From IMG/VR virus record IMGVR_UViG_2852885154_000004: a stretch of 64,000 nucleotides of DNA, one strand, 5' to 3'. Source of the DNA: a virus. This document shows, in pieces, positions 20,072-29,593 of the stretch. The notes under the pieces were generated by a model. The model was not told the DNA's origin, made no database searches, and was given only the letters and a program-made list of their open reading frames with translations. Every line of letters begins with the position of its first letter. Position 1 is the first letter of the stretch. The position numbers and the translations under genes were made by a program.

Positions 20072-20272
20072 TCACCAATTTTGATTTCTTATTTTTTTAC
20101 CAATTACTAATTGATTGTTTTTATCTAATTCAGCTTGAAAATATCCTTTGCATTTATTACCTAATACTTTATCTATATCAGGATCCAAAGTATCTTGATA
20201 CATTATTTCTCTATCCTCACTATAGATAAGCATACTGTTATCATTTAGGGATTTTTGTATTTTCACTATCAT
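20072..20272 (-). CDS. Hypothetical protein
   Basis: ORF with AAAGGA RBS. Confidence 0.5.
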   Translation of the reverse strand: MIVKIQKSLNDNSMLIYSEDREIMYQDTLDPDIDKVLGNKCKGYFQAELDKNNQLVIGKKIRNQNW

Positions 20273-20311
20273 ATTTCAAATCCTTTCTTTGCATGTCTAC
20301 AACAGTACGTA

Positions 20312-20959
20312 TTACTTTTCAACTCTTTCGAATTCAATTACCCATACCCAAGGATTTTCATGCCACATATATTTGACTTGAGATTTATTTAGAGTGCTAT
20401 TCCATAAATCTTCAAACGCTGATATATATTCACTTGCAGTAAATGAGTCAGTAATTTCAAAATCTAGCTTTATTCCTTCATTTTTACATTCACCTGCTTC
20501 AATCATTTTTAATCTTTCAGGATAAATCTTTTTTATTTTTAGGAATATCCTTGCTGCTTCTTTCGGCATAAATAATGACGGCTGCCACTTTTCTTGATCT
20601 GCAAATTTATAGAATTTATTAAATCTCTCTTTTGTAAAAGATATACAATCATTAACCTCACTATCTGCCTTATATTTAAAAGCTAGTGTATTAACTCCTC
20701 TTGAATGCGCCAACCATGTTTCTCTAACATAAAGTATGTCTCCAATTTCAAACTTGGGTTTGCACCAATTAATAGCACTGTATATTGTTCCAGCAACTGC
20801 ATTAGATCTATATCCAAATTTGTAATATTCGCCTTCATGTTCTAGTAGTTCTCTATTCCCAACATTCTTTATAATTCTTCTCGTGGTTGTTTTTCTTCCT
20901 TCAAGAATTGCCTTAACCATATCTGTATTAAATAAAATTGGTTTTTCCAATATTCTCAC
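20312..20959 (-). CDS. ASCH/PUA-like phage protein
   Basis: PILFNTDMVKAILEGRKTTTRR, GDILYVRETW, NPWVWVIEF. Confidence 0.7.
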   Translation of the reverse strand: MRILEKPILFNTDMVKAILEGRKTTTRRIIKNVGNRELLEHEGEYYKFGYRSNAVAGTIYSAINWCKPKFEIGDILYVRETWLAHSRGVNTLAFKYKADSEVNDCISFTKERFNKFYKFADQEKWQPSLFMPKEAARIFLKIKKIYPERLKMIEAGECKNEGIKLDFEITDSFTASEYISAFEDLWNSTLNKSQVKYMWHENPWVWVIEFERVEK

Positions 20960-21063
20960 CTCAATTTATTATGTTGAGGGGAAAATCCCCTCTTAATTTG
21001 CAGTAACCTTAACATTAACAATTTGTAATCCCTGCTAACGCCCCTAGTCCTGCAATAACTCAC

Positions 21064-21489
21064 TTACTCTCTATTCTTATTTATATCCATGAAATTCATT
21101 TGAGGATTTATTAGTGGTTGCACTACATACTTCCCATTTATATCGTCCCATACAACTTCTTTATTCTCGTCATAGCAACCTTTTGAGTTATATTGTTTCT
21201 TTAAAGTTGATGTTATCTTGTGTTCAAAATTAGGTTTTTTATATTCATATTTATCATTTATTATATTGCCATAATCATCTGTTGCAGGTATTTCCTTGTA
21301 AGCCTCTCTTATTTTTAATTCGAGTTTGAGAGATATTTCCCCGCTTGCAAATTCACCATTATATACACTTTTTATAACTCTTTGTATTTCCTCATTTAAA
21401 TCAGTTAACATTGCATTAAATACAGGGCTATCAATATCTATACTTAATACTCTCTTACTTAAATCCACTAATTCACTTGTTTTACCCAT
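21064..21489 (-). CDS. Hypothetical phage protein
   Basis: ORF coupled to rusA. Confidence 0.55.
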   Translation of the reverse strand: MGKTSELVDLSKRVLSIDIDSPVFNAMLTDLNEEIQRVIKSVYNGEFASGEISLKLELKIREAYKEIPATDDYGNIINDKYEYKKPNFEHKITSTLKKQYNSKGCYDENKEVVWDDINGKYVVQPLINPQMNFMDINKNRE

Positions 21490-21884
21490 TATCTTATTAC
21501 CTCCAATTCAAATTCGACTCTTTCTAATTCTTCAGTAAATACTTTCTTAACAATCAATTCTGTGACCTGGCTATCGTCCTTATAGGCAATTTTATTTAAA
21601 CTATCCAAAATAACCTTAGCCACATTATCAATATCAGGTTTCTTCTGTGGGCGCTCTATCCCCGCCCTTATCGCTTCTAGCCTTTTCTTTGAATAGCTCT
21701 TAGGTATTTTGTAGTAAGCTATAACTGTTGCCTTTATAGAACCTTCTAAATACCTTCTGTCCTGTTGCTGATAACAAATCCTTACCCAATTTTCATAAGT
21801 CACTGTATCTTCAGGAGTTGTTGCATGTCCATTAAAAAATCTAGGTCGTCCTTTACCTTTTATAGTTCCTTCAACTACTACCAT
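21489..21884 (-). CDS. rusA: RusA Holliday junction resolvase
   Basis: KPDIDNVAKVILDSLN..AYKDDSQV. Confidence 0.9.
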   Translation of the reverse strand: MVVVEGTIKGKGRPRFFNGHATTPEDTVTYENWVRICYQQQDRRYLEGSIKATVIAYYKIPKSYSKKRLEAIRAGIERPQKKPDIDNVAKVILDSLNKIAYKDDSQVTELIVKKVFTEELERVEFELEVIR

Positions 21885-21895
21885 TTATTTCTCCT

Positions 21896-23209
21896 TTACC
21901 TTAAACAATCTATATTTGCGATCCTTTGGAGCTTATCCAAGTAATAGAATTTAAGTGTTCCAACTGCTCCATCTCTTTGCTTCGCTATTATCCATTCAAT
22001 AATATTTCTGTCTTCTGTTTCTTTGTTGTAATATTCATCACGATACAAGAACATTATCAAGTCTGCATCTTGCTCAATATTCCCAGATTCTCTTAAATCC
22101 GCCAATGTTGGTCTCTTATCTGCCCTCTCTTCAACTTTTCTAGATAATTGTGATAATACGATTACTGTTACTTCCAATTCTTTAGCCATCATCTTTAATT
22201 GCCTTGTAACTTCACCAATATCTGACGATCTATTTCCAGTGTTAGGTATGTCCATTAACGTTAAGTGATCTACAATTACCACATCTAAACCATGAGTTTG
22301 TTTTACTGCTTTAGTCTTAGCTTTTATAGTTAATGTGTTTTGGTAGCTGCTGCAATCTGTAAATATTCCATTTCTCTTAGATAATTTGTTAGCTGCCATA
22401 AGTATTCTTTCAAACTCTTCTGCATTAAGTTTTCCTGTTTTTAATTTCTGTGCTTCAACATTTGAATTGAAAGCCAATCGCCTATTTCCCAATGCTGTCT
22501 CTACCATTTCCATTTCAAATACAAGCACATTATTACCGTTTTTCGCTAGTCCGTCAGCTATGTTTAACGCAGTAACTGTTTTTCCCATTGATGGACGAGC
22601 ACCTATTACAAATAAGTCTCCTTTATTCATTCCATTTGTTGCTCTATCAAAGTCATGAAATCCTGTTTTCATTCCTGGAATATCTCCACCATTAGCATAT
22701 CTTTCTTCTATCTTTGATATTGTGGCATTAAGTAACTGCGTATCATTTAGTATTTGACTTTTGTCTTCTGTTTGGATTAATTCATTTGACATTTTACTAA
22801 TTGAAACATCTGGTTTAATTTTATCGTCATACAATGCATTCATAGCTGAATTTAATGCTTTTATCGCCTTTCTTCTGAAGGACTTATCTTTTATAATGTC
22901 CACGTATTGTTTTACATTTAATTTAAACCCACCTGTCATTAGTTCTGTGAGGTATGAAACCCCTCCGACGTATACTAGACTATCTTTTCCTAAAACCTCT
23001 ATAATGGGCGTTATTCCTATTTCTTTTCCATCTGCAAATAATGCACACATTGCGTTAAATATTAATTGATGGCTTGATCTATAAAAATCATTTGTTTTCA
23101 ACTCATTTACTGCTTGTACCATTATCTTGGGGTTATAAAATATACCTGATAAGAGTTCTTGTTCAGCTCTTATATTTTGCGGTAGTATTTGTAACTGTTC
23201 TGTATCCAT
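21896..23209 (-). CDS. DnaB-like replicative helicase
   Basis: GARPSMGKT, LSQLSR, DLRESGNIEQDAD, AKQRDG. Confidence 0.93.
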   Translation of the reverse strand: MDTEQLQILPQNIRAEQELLSGIFYNPKIMVQAVNELKTNDFYRSSHQLIFNAMCALFADGKEIGITPIIEVLGKDSLVYVGGVSYLTELMTGGFKLNVKQYVDIIKDKSFRRKAIKALNSAMNALYDDKIKPDVSISKMSNELIQTEDKSQILNDTQLLNATISKIEERYANGGDIPGMKTGFHDFDRATNGMNKGDLFVIGARPSMGKTVTALNIADGLAKNGNNVLVFEMEMVETALGNRRLAFNSNVEAQKLKTGKLNAEEFERILMAANKLSKRNGIFTDCSSYQNTLTIKAKTKAVKQTHGLDVVIVDHLTLMDIPNTGNRSSDIGEVTRQLKMMAKELEVTVIVLSQLSRKVEERADKRPTLADLRESGNIEQDADLIMFLYRDEYYNKETEDRNIIEWIIAKQRDGAVGTLKFYYLDKLQRIANIDCLR

Positions 23210-23227
23210 CTAATCACCTCTATTTAG

Positions 23228-24034
23228 CTATTCATCAAATTGAAATGCATCATATTGTTTTTTATTGTTAGATATAGTTGTCTGGTTCTTATGGTCTTCT
23301 TTAAGCTCGAATATACCTTGCCAACAATGCTCTATGCTATTTTCTAAAATTTTAATTTGTATTTCTTCATTTTCCGATAAGCCCTTTAGTTTCTTAAGCA
23401 TTATCTGTAAAGCTCTATCCGTCATAGGTTTTTTAATTGACTTTCTCATTTTTATAAAATCAACTAAAGTGTTTCTCAATTCTTCATTACTGGTATAGTT
23501 ATTAATTAAAGAATCAATCGAAGTTATTTTTCTTTTTTTAGTTTTTTTATTTATATCTATATCTATATCTATATCTTTCTCTATCTCTTTCTCTATCTCT
23601 ATCTCTGTGTAACAAAAAGTAACAGGTGGTAACTCTTCGGTAACATTGTTACCACTCTCTATTAATTTTTTATTCTTAAAGCGTTTATTTCTCATTAGTT
23701 GAGCCTTATCTGTTTCTTTCCCTATTGATGTTGGAACCTCATTTAAAAGTAACTCTGAATCTGAAATTTCTTTCAGTAATCCGCACTTTTTTAGATACAT
23801 TAATACAAAACTTACATTATCTGAATCTTCATCTAGTTCTAAGGCTAATTCTTCCGCAAATGTTTCTTCTATTCCATCAAAATACAGCTTTCCTTCATCC
23901 TTAAGACTGAGCAATTGAAGCTTCAAATATATTATTGTGTAAGTATCTCCACCAGCTATTTTCCTTAGTTTCTTTATTTCTTTACCTTTGAAAAAATCCT
24001 TATTTAATTTAAGCCAATAGTACACTTTAGCCAT
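23228..24034 (-). CDS. Phage replisome organiser/initiator
   Basis: YYWLKL..DFF, GGDTYTIIYLKL N-terminal domain; EIEIEK linker. Confidence 0.85.
   Translation of the reverse strand: MAKVYYWLKLNKDFFKGKEIKKLRKIAGGDTYTIIYLKLQLLSLKDEGKLYFDGIEETFAEELALELDEDSDNVSFVLMYLKKCGLLKEISDSELLLNEVPTSIGKETDKAQLMRNKRFKNKKLIESGNNVTEELPPVTFCYTEIEIEKEIEKDIDIDIDINKKTKKRKITSIDSLINNYTSNEELRNTLVDFIKMRKSIKKPMTDRALQIMLKKLKGLSENEEIQIKILENSIEHCWQGIFELKEDHKNQTTISNNKKQYDAFQFDE
23553..23653. repeat. Candidate phage origin: GTAAC iterons plus TATATC/TCTATC hexamer tract
   Basis: GTAAC at 23609, 23619, 23629, 23640; inverted GTTAC at 23648. Confidence 0.6.
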
Positions 24035-24042
24035 TAAATCAC

Positions 24043-24828
24043 CTACAATTCTTCTATTGTTAAAATTTGAGTTACCTTATTATTAGCTCTGCAATAATCA
24101 CATAAACCACATGCAATTGGTTTTTCTTCTCCACTTTTAACTTTTATAATGCGCCCGATGTTGTACTCAATTTCCTCAAGCTTTGGTGTGGTATACCTTT
24201 CATCTACTTTAATTATTGCTTTAAGCGGATTATCATTCTTTTCTATTGCAACAATGTATGGAATTAAGTCTTTGCCAAATTGCTGCTTAATTAACTCTCT
24301 ATAAATTGCCATTTGTTCAACGTATCCATAATGTTCAATGAAAGTTAATCCACTATATTTTTTATGGATCCCTTGAGTTGTTTTTAAGTCTGTAAAAAAT
24401 CCTTTTTCTAAATTCAATACATCAACCATTCCACGCCACTTAATACCAAATAATTCGCCTTGAATGATTACTTCTTTTTTACCTTGCAAAAATTTCATAC
24501 AATTCGAATCATCTGCTAAGGACTTAACCATTGTTTCAGCTACTTTAAAAGTTGATTTTAATTCCCCTTTAGTTTTGCCTTGAGTTGAATATAAGCTTGG
24601 ATTTTCTTTTTTAAAATCATCTAAAGTTCCTTCACTCCATGAATGAATATATTTGCCTAATAGAAATGCATCACTTTCACTCTGTTTATATTCCCCTTTT
24701 AGCTTTGCCATAGCCATTAATTCACATTGCTTAAATAGTTTGTATTGTGATACTGACATAGTACTTAAATCGGCTTCTATGCTGTAATAATTCTCTTTAG
24801 TTATCACCATATTCATTAACCTCCTCAA
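24043..24828 (-). CDS. PD-(D/E)XK exonuclease (RecE-like partner of RecT)
   Basis: MSVSQYK, VD....DLKT, QMAIY; adjacent to recT. Confidence 0.78.
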   Translation of the reverse strand: MRRLMNMVITKENYYSIEADLSTMSVSQYKLFKQCELMAMAKLKGEYKQSESDAFLLGKYIHSWSEGTLDDFKKENPSLYSTQGKTKGELKSTFKVAETMVKSLADDSNCMKFLQGKKEVIIQGELFGIKWRGMVDVLNLEKGFFTDLKTTQGIHKKYSGLTFIEHYGYVEQMAIYRELIKQQFGKDLIPYIVAIEKNDNPLKAIIKVDERYTTPKLEEIEYNIGRIIKVKSGEEKPIACGLCDYCRANNKVTQILTIEEL

Positions 24829-25630
24829 ATGGAGTATCTACAAAATCAGTTTGTTTAACAATGTCCTCATTCTCCTCTAATTCTTTTTCAAGATCACTTT
24901 TTTCGGTAGCAGCTTCTTTGGGTTTTTCATTTTCAAATTCCATATCCGAACCTTCTTCCCATGCTTCAAGCTGCTTAATATTATCAAAGTCAATATTTAT
25001 ATGTTTGCAAAGTCTTCTCAAAACAGTCTTTTTTGCCATTTCACCAAAGCTCTTTACCCATGCAGCAGAAAACTTCCCATACTTATCCTTTTTGCTCCAA
25101 TTGTCTCGAATATACTCAACCTCTTCCTTAGACATTGTTTCGTATTCCATCGCACCATCTTCGTAATAAACAACTGCAAAAACTCCCGTAATATCATCAT
25201 TATTAAATGGCTTTGGCTTAAAGTTTACATATGGCTTACCATGGTCAACACCTTCTTCAAACTCATCACCATAACGAACTAGCTTTGCATAAATATCCTT
25301 AATTTTTTTAGAACTAAACTTCCTAACAAGCTTGGTTTCGCCTTTGTAATCTGTCATAAATTCTGGTTTGCCCTTGTAGGTAATTACATAACACTCATTG
25401 TTAGCAAAATCTAAATCCAGATATGCTCCACGCATTATACATTTAGCAAGGTTAAACTCCTGCCCTTTCATATTTTCTAAGTTAACAGTATTTAAAACCC
25501 TTAAAACATTTTGCTTAAATCTAAGTCCATTAAAACCTTCTGGGAGTGCCTTCTTTTCTATTTCTAACATACTAGTTAATTTTTCATTTACTGCACCTAT
25601 TACATATTTTTGTACTTGATTATTTGCCAA
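24797..25630 (-). CDS. recT: RecT-family recombinase
   Basis: DYKG, W...FGEMAKKTVLRRLCK. Confidence 0.88.
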   Translation of the reverse strand: MANNQVQKYVIGAVNEKLTSMLEIEKKALPEGFNGLRFKQNVLRVLNTVNLENMKGQEFNLAKCIMRGAYLDLDFANNECYVITYKGKPEFMTDYKGETKLVRKFSSKKIKDIYAKLVRYGDEFEEGVDHGKPYVNFKPKPFNNDDITGVFAVVYYEDGAMEYETMSKEEVEYIRDNWSKKDKYGKFSAAWVKSFGEMAKKTVLRRLCKHINIDFDNIKQLEAWEEGSDMEFENEKPKEAATEKSDLEKELEENEDIVKQTDFVDTPFEEVNEYGDN

Positions 25631-25644
25631 TTACATCAACCTCC

Positions 25645-25821
25645 TTAAACTCTTTTATACATCCAATCATGATCATATTGATAAGTTGCACATGCTGGCT
25701 TATCCTTTTCTTCTCTTTCTTCCTCGTCATACCAAGTAAAATTTTTGATCTCTATAGTATCTAAAATGCATTCTCCATCCTTATAGTTAATACATGTCTT
25801 ACTATCGCATTTAATTGGCAA
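25645..25821 (-). CDS. Small Cys-rich protein (58 aa)
   Basis: TTG start; IKCDSKTCINYKDGEC; read by hand. Confidence 0.5.
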   Translation of the reverse strand: MPIKCDSKTCINYKDGECILDTIEIKNFTWYDEEEREEKDKPACATYQYDHDWMYKRV

Positions 25822-25871
25822 CTTGCATTATCTCCTTTCTGTGTTATAATGTACTTGATTTATTTGCTATG

Positions 25872-26051
25872 CTATCTTGGAATACTTTGGTCGGTTTCCT
25901 TGGTAGCTTTTTTGTTTTTACTGCCACATTGTCCATAATCATCTGTTGCAATAATAAATTCAGTAATAACAATTTTGGGTTCATCCTTTATGCAGACATA
26001 ATCACCTTCGCCTATATATGTGCATTCATCACAATCTTCACATTTTTTCAT
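25872..26051 (-). CDS. Small Cys-rich protein (59 aa)
   Basis: MKKCEDCDECTYIGEGDYVC; overlaps upstream stop. Confidence 0.55.
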   Translation of the reverse strand: MKKCEDCDECTYIGEGDYVCIKDEPKIVITEFIIATDDYGQCGSKNKKATKETDQSIPR

Positions 26052-26488
26052 ATCCTAGACCTCATTTCTACAACAATCAATTCATCTAGTTGCTGACTTA
26101 TTTTAATAGTTGTGTCAGATTGTGGTCCATTTACTGAAATACTAATATGCATCCTTTCCCTTAGTTCATCGATAGCTTGTTCAATTATTGATTTACTTAA
26201 ATCACAAGCTTTGAACTTAACCATAATACCTTCTCTTTTGACGTCTTCTAGCTCCTCAATTTCCAATGTTTCAGCTCTTCTGTAATAAGGTCCATTATCT
26301 ACTCTTATTGATTTTACTTGCACACCTTGCGCCTCTAATCTTTGCTTTAAATCTAATGCACTTGTAATCTCATCTTTTTCAATTTTAGTAAGTAATGCAT
26401 CAACCTCTTTTTCATTTAGATTTGTTTCAATATCAATGAAGTTTAATCTATTTACTGTCTCATCAACGTGTAATCTGTATTTTTGCAT
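26048..26488 (-). CDS. Hypothetical protein with C-terminal Spo0E-like domain
   Basis: IDELRERMH...TIKISQQLDELIV matches the Spo0E SQELD pattern. Confidence 0.6.
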   Translation of the reverse strand: MQKYRLHVDETVNRLNFIDIETNLNEKEVDALLTKIEKDEITSALDLKQRLEAQGVQVKSIRVDNGPYYRRAETLEIEELEDVKREGIMVKFKACDLSKSIIEQAIDELRERMHISISVNGPQSDTTIKISQQLDELIVVEMRSRI

Positions 26489-26507
26489 TTTATAATTCCT
26501 CCTCAAT

Positions 26508-26909
26508 CTATGAATTGCTAACTTCTTTAAACGATACTTGTCCTGAAAGTTCATCTCTTCTTCTTTGAACTTTTTTCTTAGAAATGTTAAGACCTTTATA
26601 TTTTTTATTTAACTGGATTTCAATATTTTTCAACGCTTTTAGATCAGTTGTAGTTTCGATATTAAAATATTTTGAATTTCCGCTATCATCTTTGCAGCTA
26701 AAACAAGTTCTAACGCCTTTATTATCACGATATGTTGCCATTAAGTTATTGGCTGTCCTTCTTAACGCTTGCTCCCTAAGTTTACGGATATTAAATATAT
26801 AGTGTGGTCTTAATAGCTCTACAACATCATCTGTAGTTATTTCTCCGCCAAGCTCGTCCATCTGCTCTAGTATCTTTTCTTTGGCCTTTTTTTCTAATGC
26901 TTCACTCAT
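26508..26909 (-). CDS. Hypothetical protein coupled to ParB-like gene
   Basis: ORF with GGAGG RBS. Confidence 0.55.
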   Translation of the reverse strand: MSEALEKKAKEKILEQMDELGGEITTDDVVELLRPHYIFNIRKLREQALRRTANNLMATYRDNKGVRTCFSCKDDSGNSKYFNIETTTDLKALKNIEIQLNKKYKGLNISKKKVQRRRDELSGQVSFKEVSNS

Positions 26910-26910
26910 A

Positions 26911-27891
26911 TTATTTACCTCCTTTAAAATAGTTCTGTATCTTAATTAAATTTTGGATAGCTGAATTAATATCTTGTAACTCTATTTCTACAATATCTGG
27001 AGTATTAGCTATTGCTCCCCATGCCATTAATGCCTCTATGTCTGTACTTAATAATGCTACTTTACTAATTGCATCACGATATTTTTTAGAATGCTTTATA
27101 CAGTCATTAAATTGATCCTTTGTTAGGTTATTGAAGTCTTCAATTCCAAAAATATGAGTCTCCTTTGGTTTCCTGAATTTATCTAGTACAACCGCATTCT
27201 CAGGAAGGTTTTTCTCAATTTCTCCTAGCTTTCTTTGTGCTTCCTGTTCTTGCTGTTCTTTTTCTAATTGCTCCTGGTACTCTTTTTCATATTCAGCATT
27301 CTTTTTATCTGCCTCTATAGCTGATTTAGTAAGAACATAAGCACTATTAATTGTTATGTCTCCTTTTTTAACCTGCTGCTTAATTTCTTCTGGAGCTTTT
27401 TCTTCGATAACTTCAACTTTGTGAATTGTATCTTCTGAAACTCCTGCTATCTTTGCAACTTCTTTTCTAGTGCTTATCGGTTCAATCGCCTTTGATGATT
27501 TCATCAAACCCGATTTAGCATTTTCGCTCTTTTTATCTCCTCCTACTTTTGATAGGTTTTCTTTTGCCTTAGCTTCTATTACTGGCTTAAACTTCAGTGC
27601 TATTTGTGCTAACTCATATTTAGTTAAATTCCTTCTATTCTTTTGATTCATCCAAATCCATTCCATAGCCTCGAGCCTGTCCTTAAATTCAATTTCAACT
27701 ATATCGAATGGAATATTATTTCTTGTGCATATCTCATGCCTATGATGACCATCTATCAAAATGTTCTTCCATACAGTTAGCGAATTTATGCAACCATTTT
27801 TAATTATGTCTCTTTCAAGCTCTTCCTTTTGTTCCTCTGATAATGGAGGTAGTAAGTCTTTAAACTCATTGTCAATAATCAAATCATTCAT
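26911..27891 (-). CDS. ParB-N/Spo0J-like protein with HTH
   Basis: LIDGHHR, NQKNRRNLT, VAKIAGVS. Confidence 0.8.
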   Translation of the reverse strand: MNDLIIDNEFKDLLPPLSEEQKEELERDIIKNGCINSLTVWKNILIDGHHRHEICTRNNIPFDIVEIEFKDRLEAMEWIWMNQKNRRNLTKYELAQIALKFKPVIEAKAKENLSKVGGDKKSENAKSGLMKSSKAIEPISTRKEVAKIAGVSEDTIHKVEVIEEKAPEEIKQQVKKGDITINSAYVLTKSAIEADKKNAEYEKEYQEQLEKEQQEQEAQRKLGEIEKNLPENAVVLDKFRKPKETHIFGIEDFNNLTKDQFNDCIKHSKKYRDAISKVALLSTDIEALMAWGAIANTPDIVEIELQDINSAIQNLIKIQNYFKGGK

Positions 27892-28023
27892 TTTTATAAT
27901 TTCCTCACTTCCTTCTATACTTAAATTTAATATTTACTCTTAACAGAAAATTACTGGATGTAATTGCTTTGAGTTGTAAGACGTGATAAATAAGATTTGT
28001 TATATCAATCTCAAAAATGATTA

Positions 28024-28134
28024 CTAAGCATACGTTTTTAAAAATTCCTGCACTGCTAAAGTGAATCTCCTATCAAATTCTTCTTTAGAAATCATCCAAA
28101 TTAAATTGATTTCTCTCCCTTTCTTTTTAGCCAT
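28024..28134 (-). CDS. Small early protein (36 aa)
   Basis: AGGAGA RBS; MAKKKGREINLIWMISKEEFDRRF. Confidence 0.45.
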   Translation of the reverse strand: MAKKKGREINLIWMISKEEFDRRFTLAVQEFLKTYA

Positions 28135-28240
28135 GAATATTTCTCCTTTGTCTACCTAATTTATCTTGTAAAAATCACTTCTTCTATTGCTCCATGATTA
28201 AATGAACTTTGATTACCGATTTTCTTACGCCAACTTTCAA

Positions 28241-28429
28241 TTACTCATCTGTGAAATGTGTAATTGAAACATCAAAGTAGTTTGCAATCTTTTGCAATTT
28301 ATCTATTTTAGGAGTACTTCTACCAGTTTTCCAATCACTCAAAGTTGATGTTGGAATTCCTGTTTCCTTTGCAACCCTATAGGCTGTTACGCTATTTTCT
28401 TTCAAAAGTTCTGCGAACTTACTATACAT
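28241..28429 (-). CDS. Cro-like XRE regulator
   Basis: XRE HTH; first lytic gene, divergent from the repressor. Confidence 0.85.
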   Translation of the reverse strand: MYSKFAELLKENSVTAYRVAKETGIPTSTLSDWKTGRSTPKIDKLQKIANYFDVSITHFTDE

Positions 28430-28465
28430 AATTTATCTCCTTTCATAAATTTATGTAAAAAACTC

Positions 28466-28494
28466 TTGTTACTATTCCGGAAATGTGATATAAT
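28466..28494 (+). promoter_or_regulatory. SigA-type promoter toward repressor
   Basis: TTGTTA-17-TATAAT with extended TG. Confidence 0.6.
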
Positions 28495-28582
28495 TTCATT
28501 TGTCAGGAACGAAAAATATCACAGAATACCGTGAATAGCAACTTTCTTAGTTAACTAGCTAGGTTTTCTTAGCTATGTTCTA

Positions 28583-28611
28583 AGTATATTCCGTTTTTCT
28601 TAGATAGTCAA
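28583..28611 (-). promoter_or_regulatory. SigA-type lytic promoter toward cro
   Basis: TTGACT-17-TATACT on minus strand. Confidence 0.65.
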
Positions 28612-28669
28612 TACTTTTTAAGAAAGTTTTCTTAGATATTTTTTTATATTTTTTTAAGGAGAATAAAAG

Positions 28670-29104
28670 ATGTATGAAATATTTGAAAAATTGATGAAAG
28701 AAAAGGGAGTTACGCCTTATAGAGTTCATAAAGAAACTGGAATAGCTACTTCTACACTTAGCGACTGGAAAAATGGGAAAAGCACTCCAAAGCAAGACAA
28801 ATTGCAAAAAATAGCAGATTATTTTAATGTCTCACTTGATTATCTAGCCGGAAATTCTAAAGGTAAAAATACAAAAACTAACGAAATTGAATTATCAAAA
28901 AAAGCTGAGAGAGATATTCAGAAATCTATAAGTCAAACATTAGATATGTTAGAAAATTCCCAAGATGGACTAATGTTTGATGGAGAACCTTTAGAATTAG
29001 ATGATTTGACAAAAGAATTGTTAAGACAAAGTTTAGAAAATTCTATGAGAATGGCTAAAAAGATAGCCAAAGAAAAATACACACCCAAAAAATATAGAAA
29101 ATAA
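28670..29104 (+). CDS. CI/ImmR-like repressor
   Basis: XRE HTH; GLMFDGEPL...KKYTPKKYRK tail; upstream of ImmA. Confidence 0.88.
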   Translation: MYEIFEKLMKEKGVTPYRVHKETGIATSTLSDWKNGKSTPKQDKLQKIADYFNVSLDYLAGNSKGKNTKTNEIELSKKAERDIQKSISQTLDMLENSQDGLMFDGEPLELDDLTKELLRQSLENSMRMAKKIAKEKYTPKKYRK

Positions 29105-29125
29105 TTAAAGGCGGGATTATGGGGT

Positions 29126-29566
29126 ATGGATGATTTTATAATTAGAGAGGTTGAACGCCTAAAGAAGAAACATGGCACTAACAACCCATTCGATATAGCA
29201 GAAGCAGAAAAAATTATTATTTATCGAGAACCGTTAGGTTCAATTCGAGGATATTATAATAAATATGTTCGTCAAAAAAATATTCACATAAATTGTGACT
29301 TACCAGAAAGGCAACAGTATGTAACATGCGGCCATGAATTAGCACACGCTATAATACATCCTAATGCTAACACACCATTTTTTAGAAGCAATACATTTTA
29401 TTCTATAAATAAGTTAGAGCGACAAGCAAATAAGTTTGATGCATATTTATTATGTGATATGAAATGCATAGATAGATATTTATTAGAAAATTGCTCTTAT
29501 GAACAAATAGCTTCAATCTTAAATCTCCCTATAGAACTAATAAAGATAAGATTCAATATTTTATAA
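29126..29566 (+). CDS. ImmA/IrrE metallopeptidase anti-repressor
   Basis: GHELAH and ERQAN motifs. Confidence 0.88.
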   Translation: MDDFIIREVERLKKKHGTNNPFDIAEAEKIIIYREPLGSIRGYYNKYVRQKNIHINCDLPERQQYVTCGHELAHAIIHPNANTPFFRSNTFYSINKLERQANKFDAYLLCDMKCIDRYLLENCSYEQIASILNLPIELIKIRFNIL

Positions 29567-29593
29567 TAACAACTTAAGAAAGGAGTTATATTT

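Noticed and set aside
28580..28807. 75-aa ORF across the immunity switch
   Set aside because: Overlaps the repressor and promoters antisense; no coding features.
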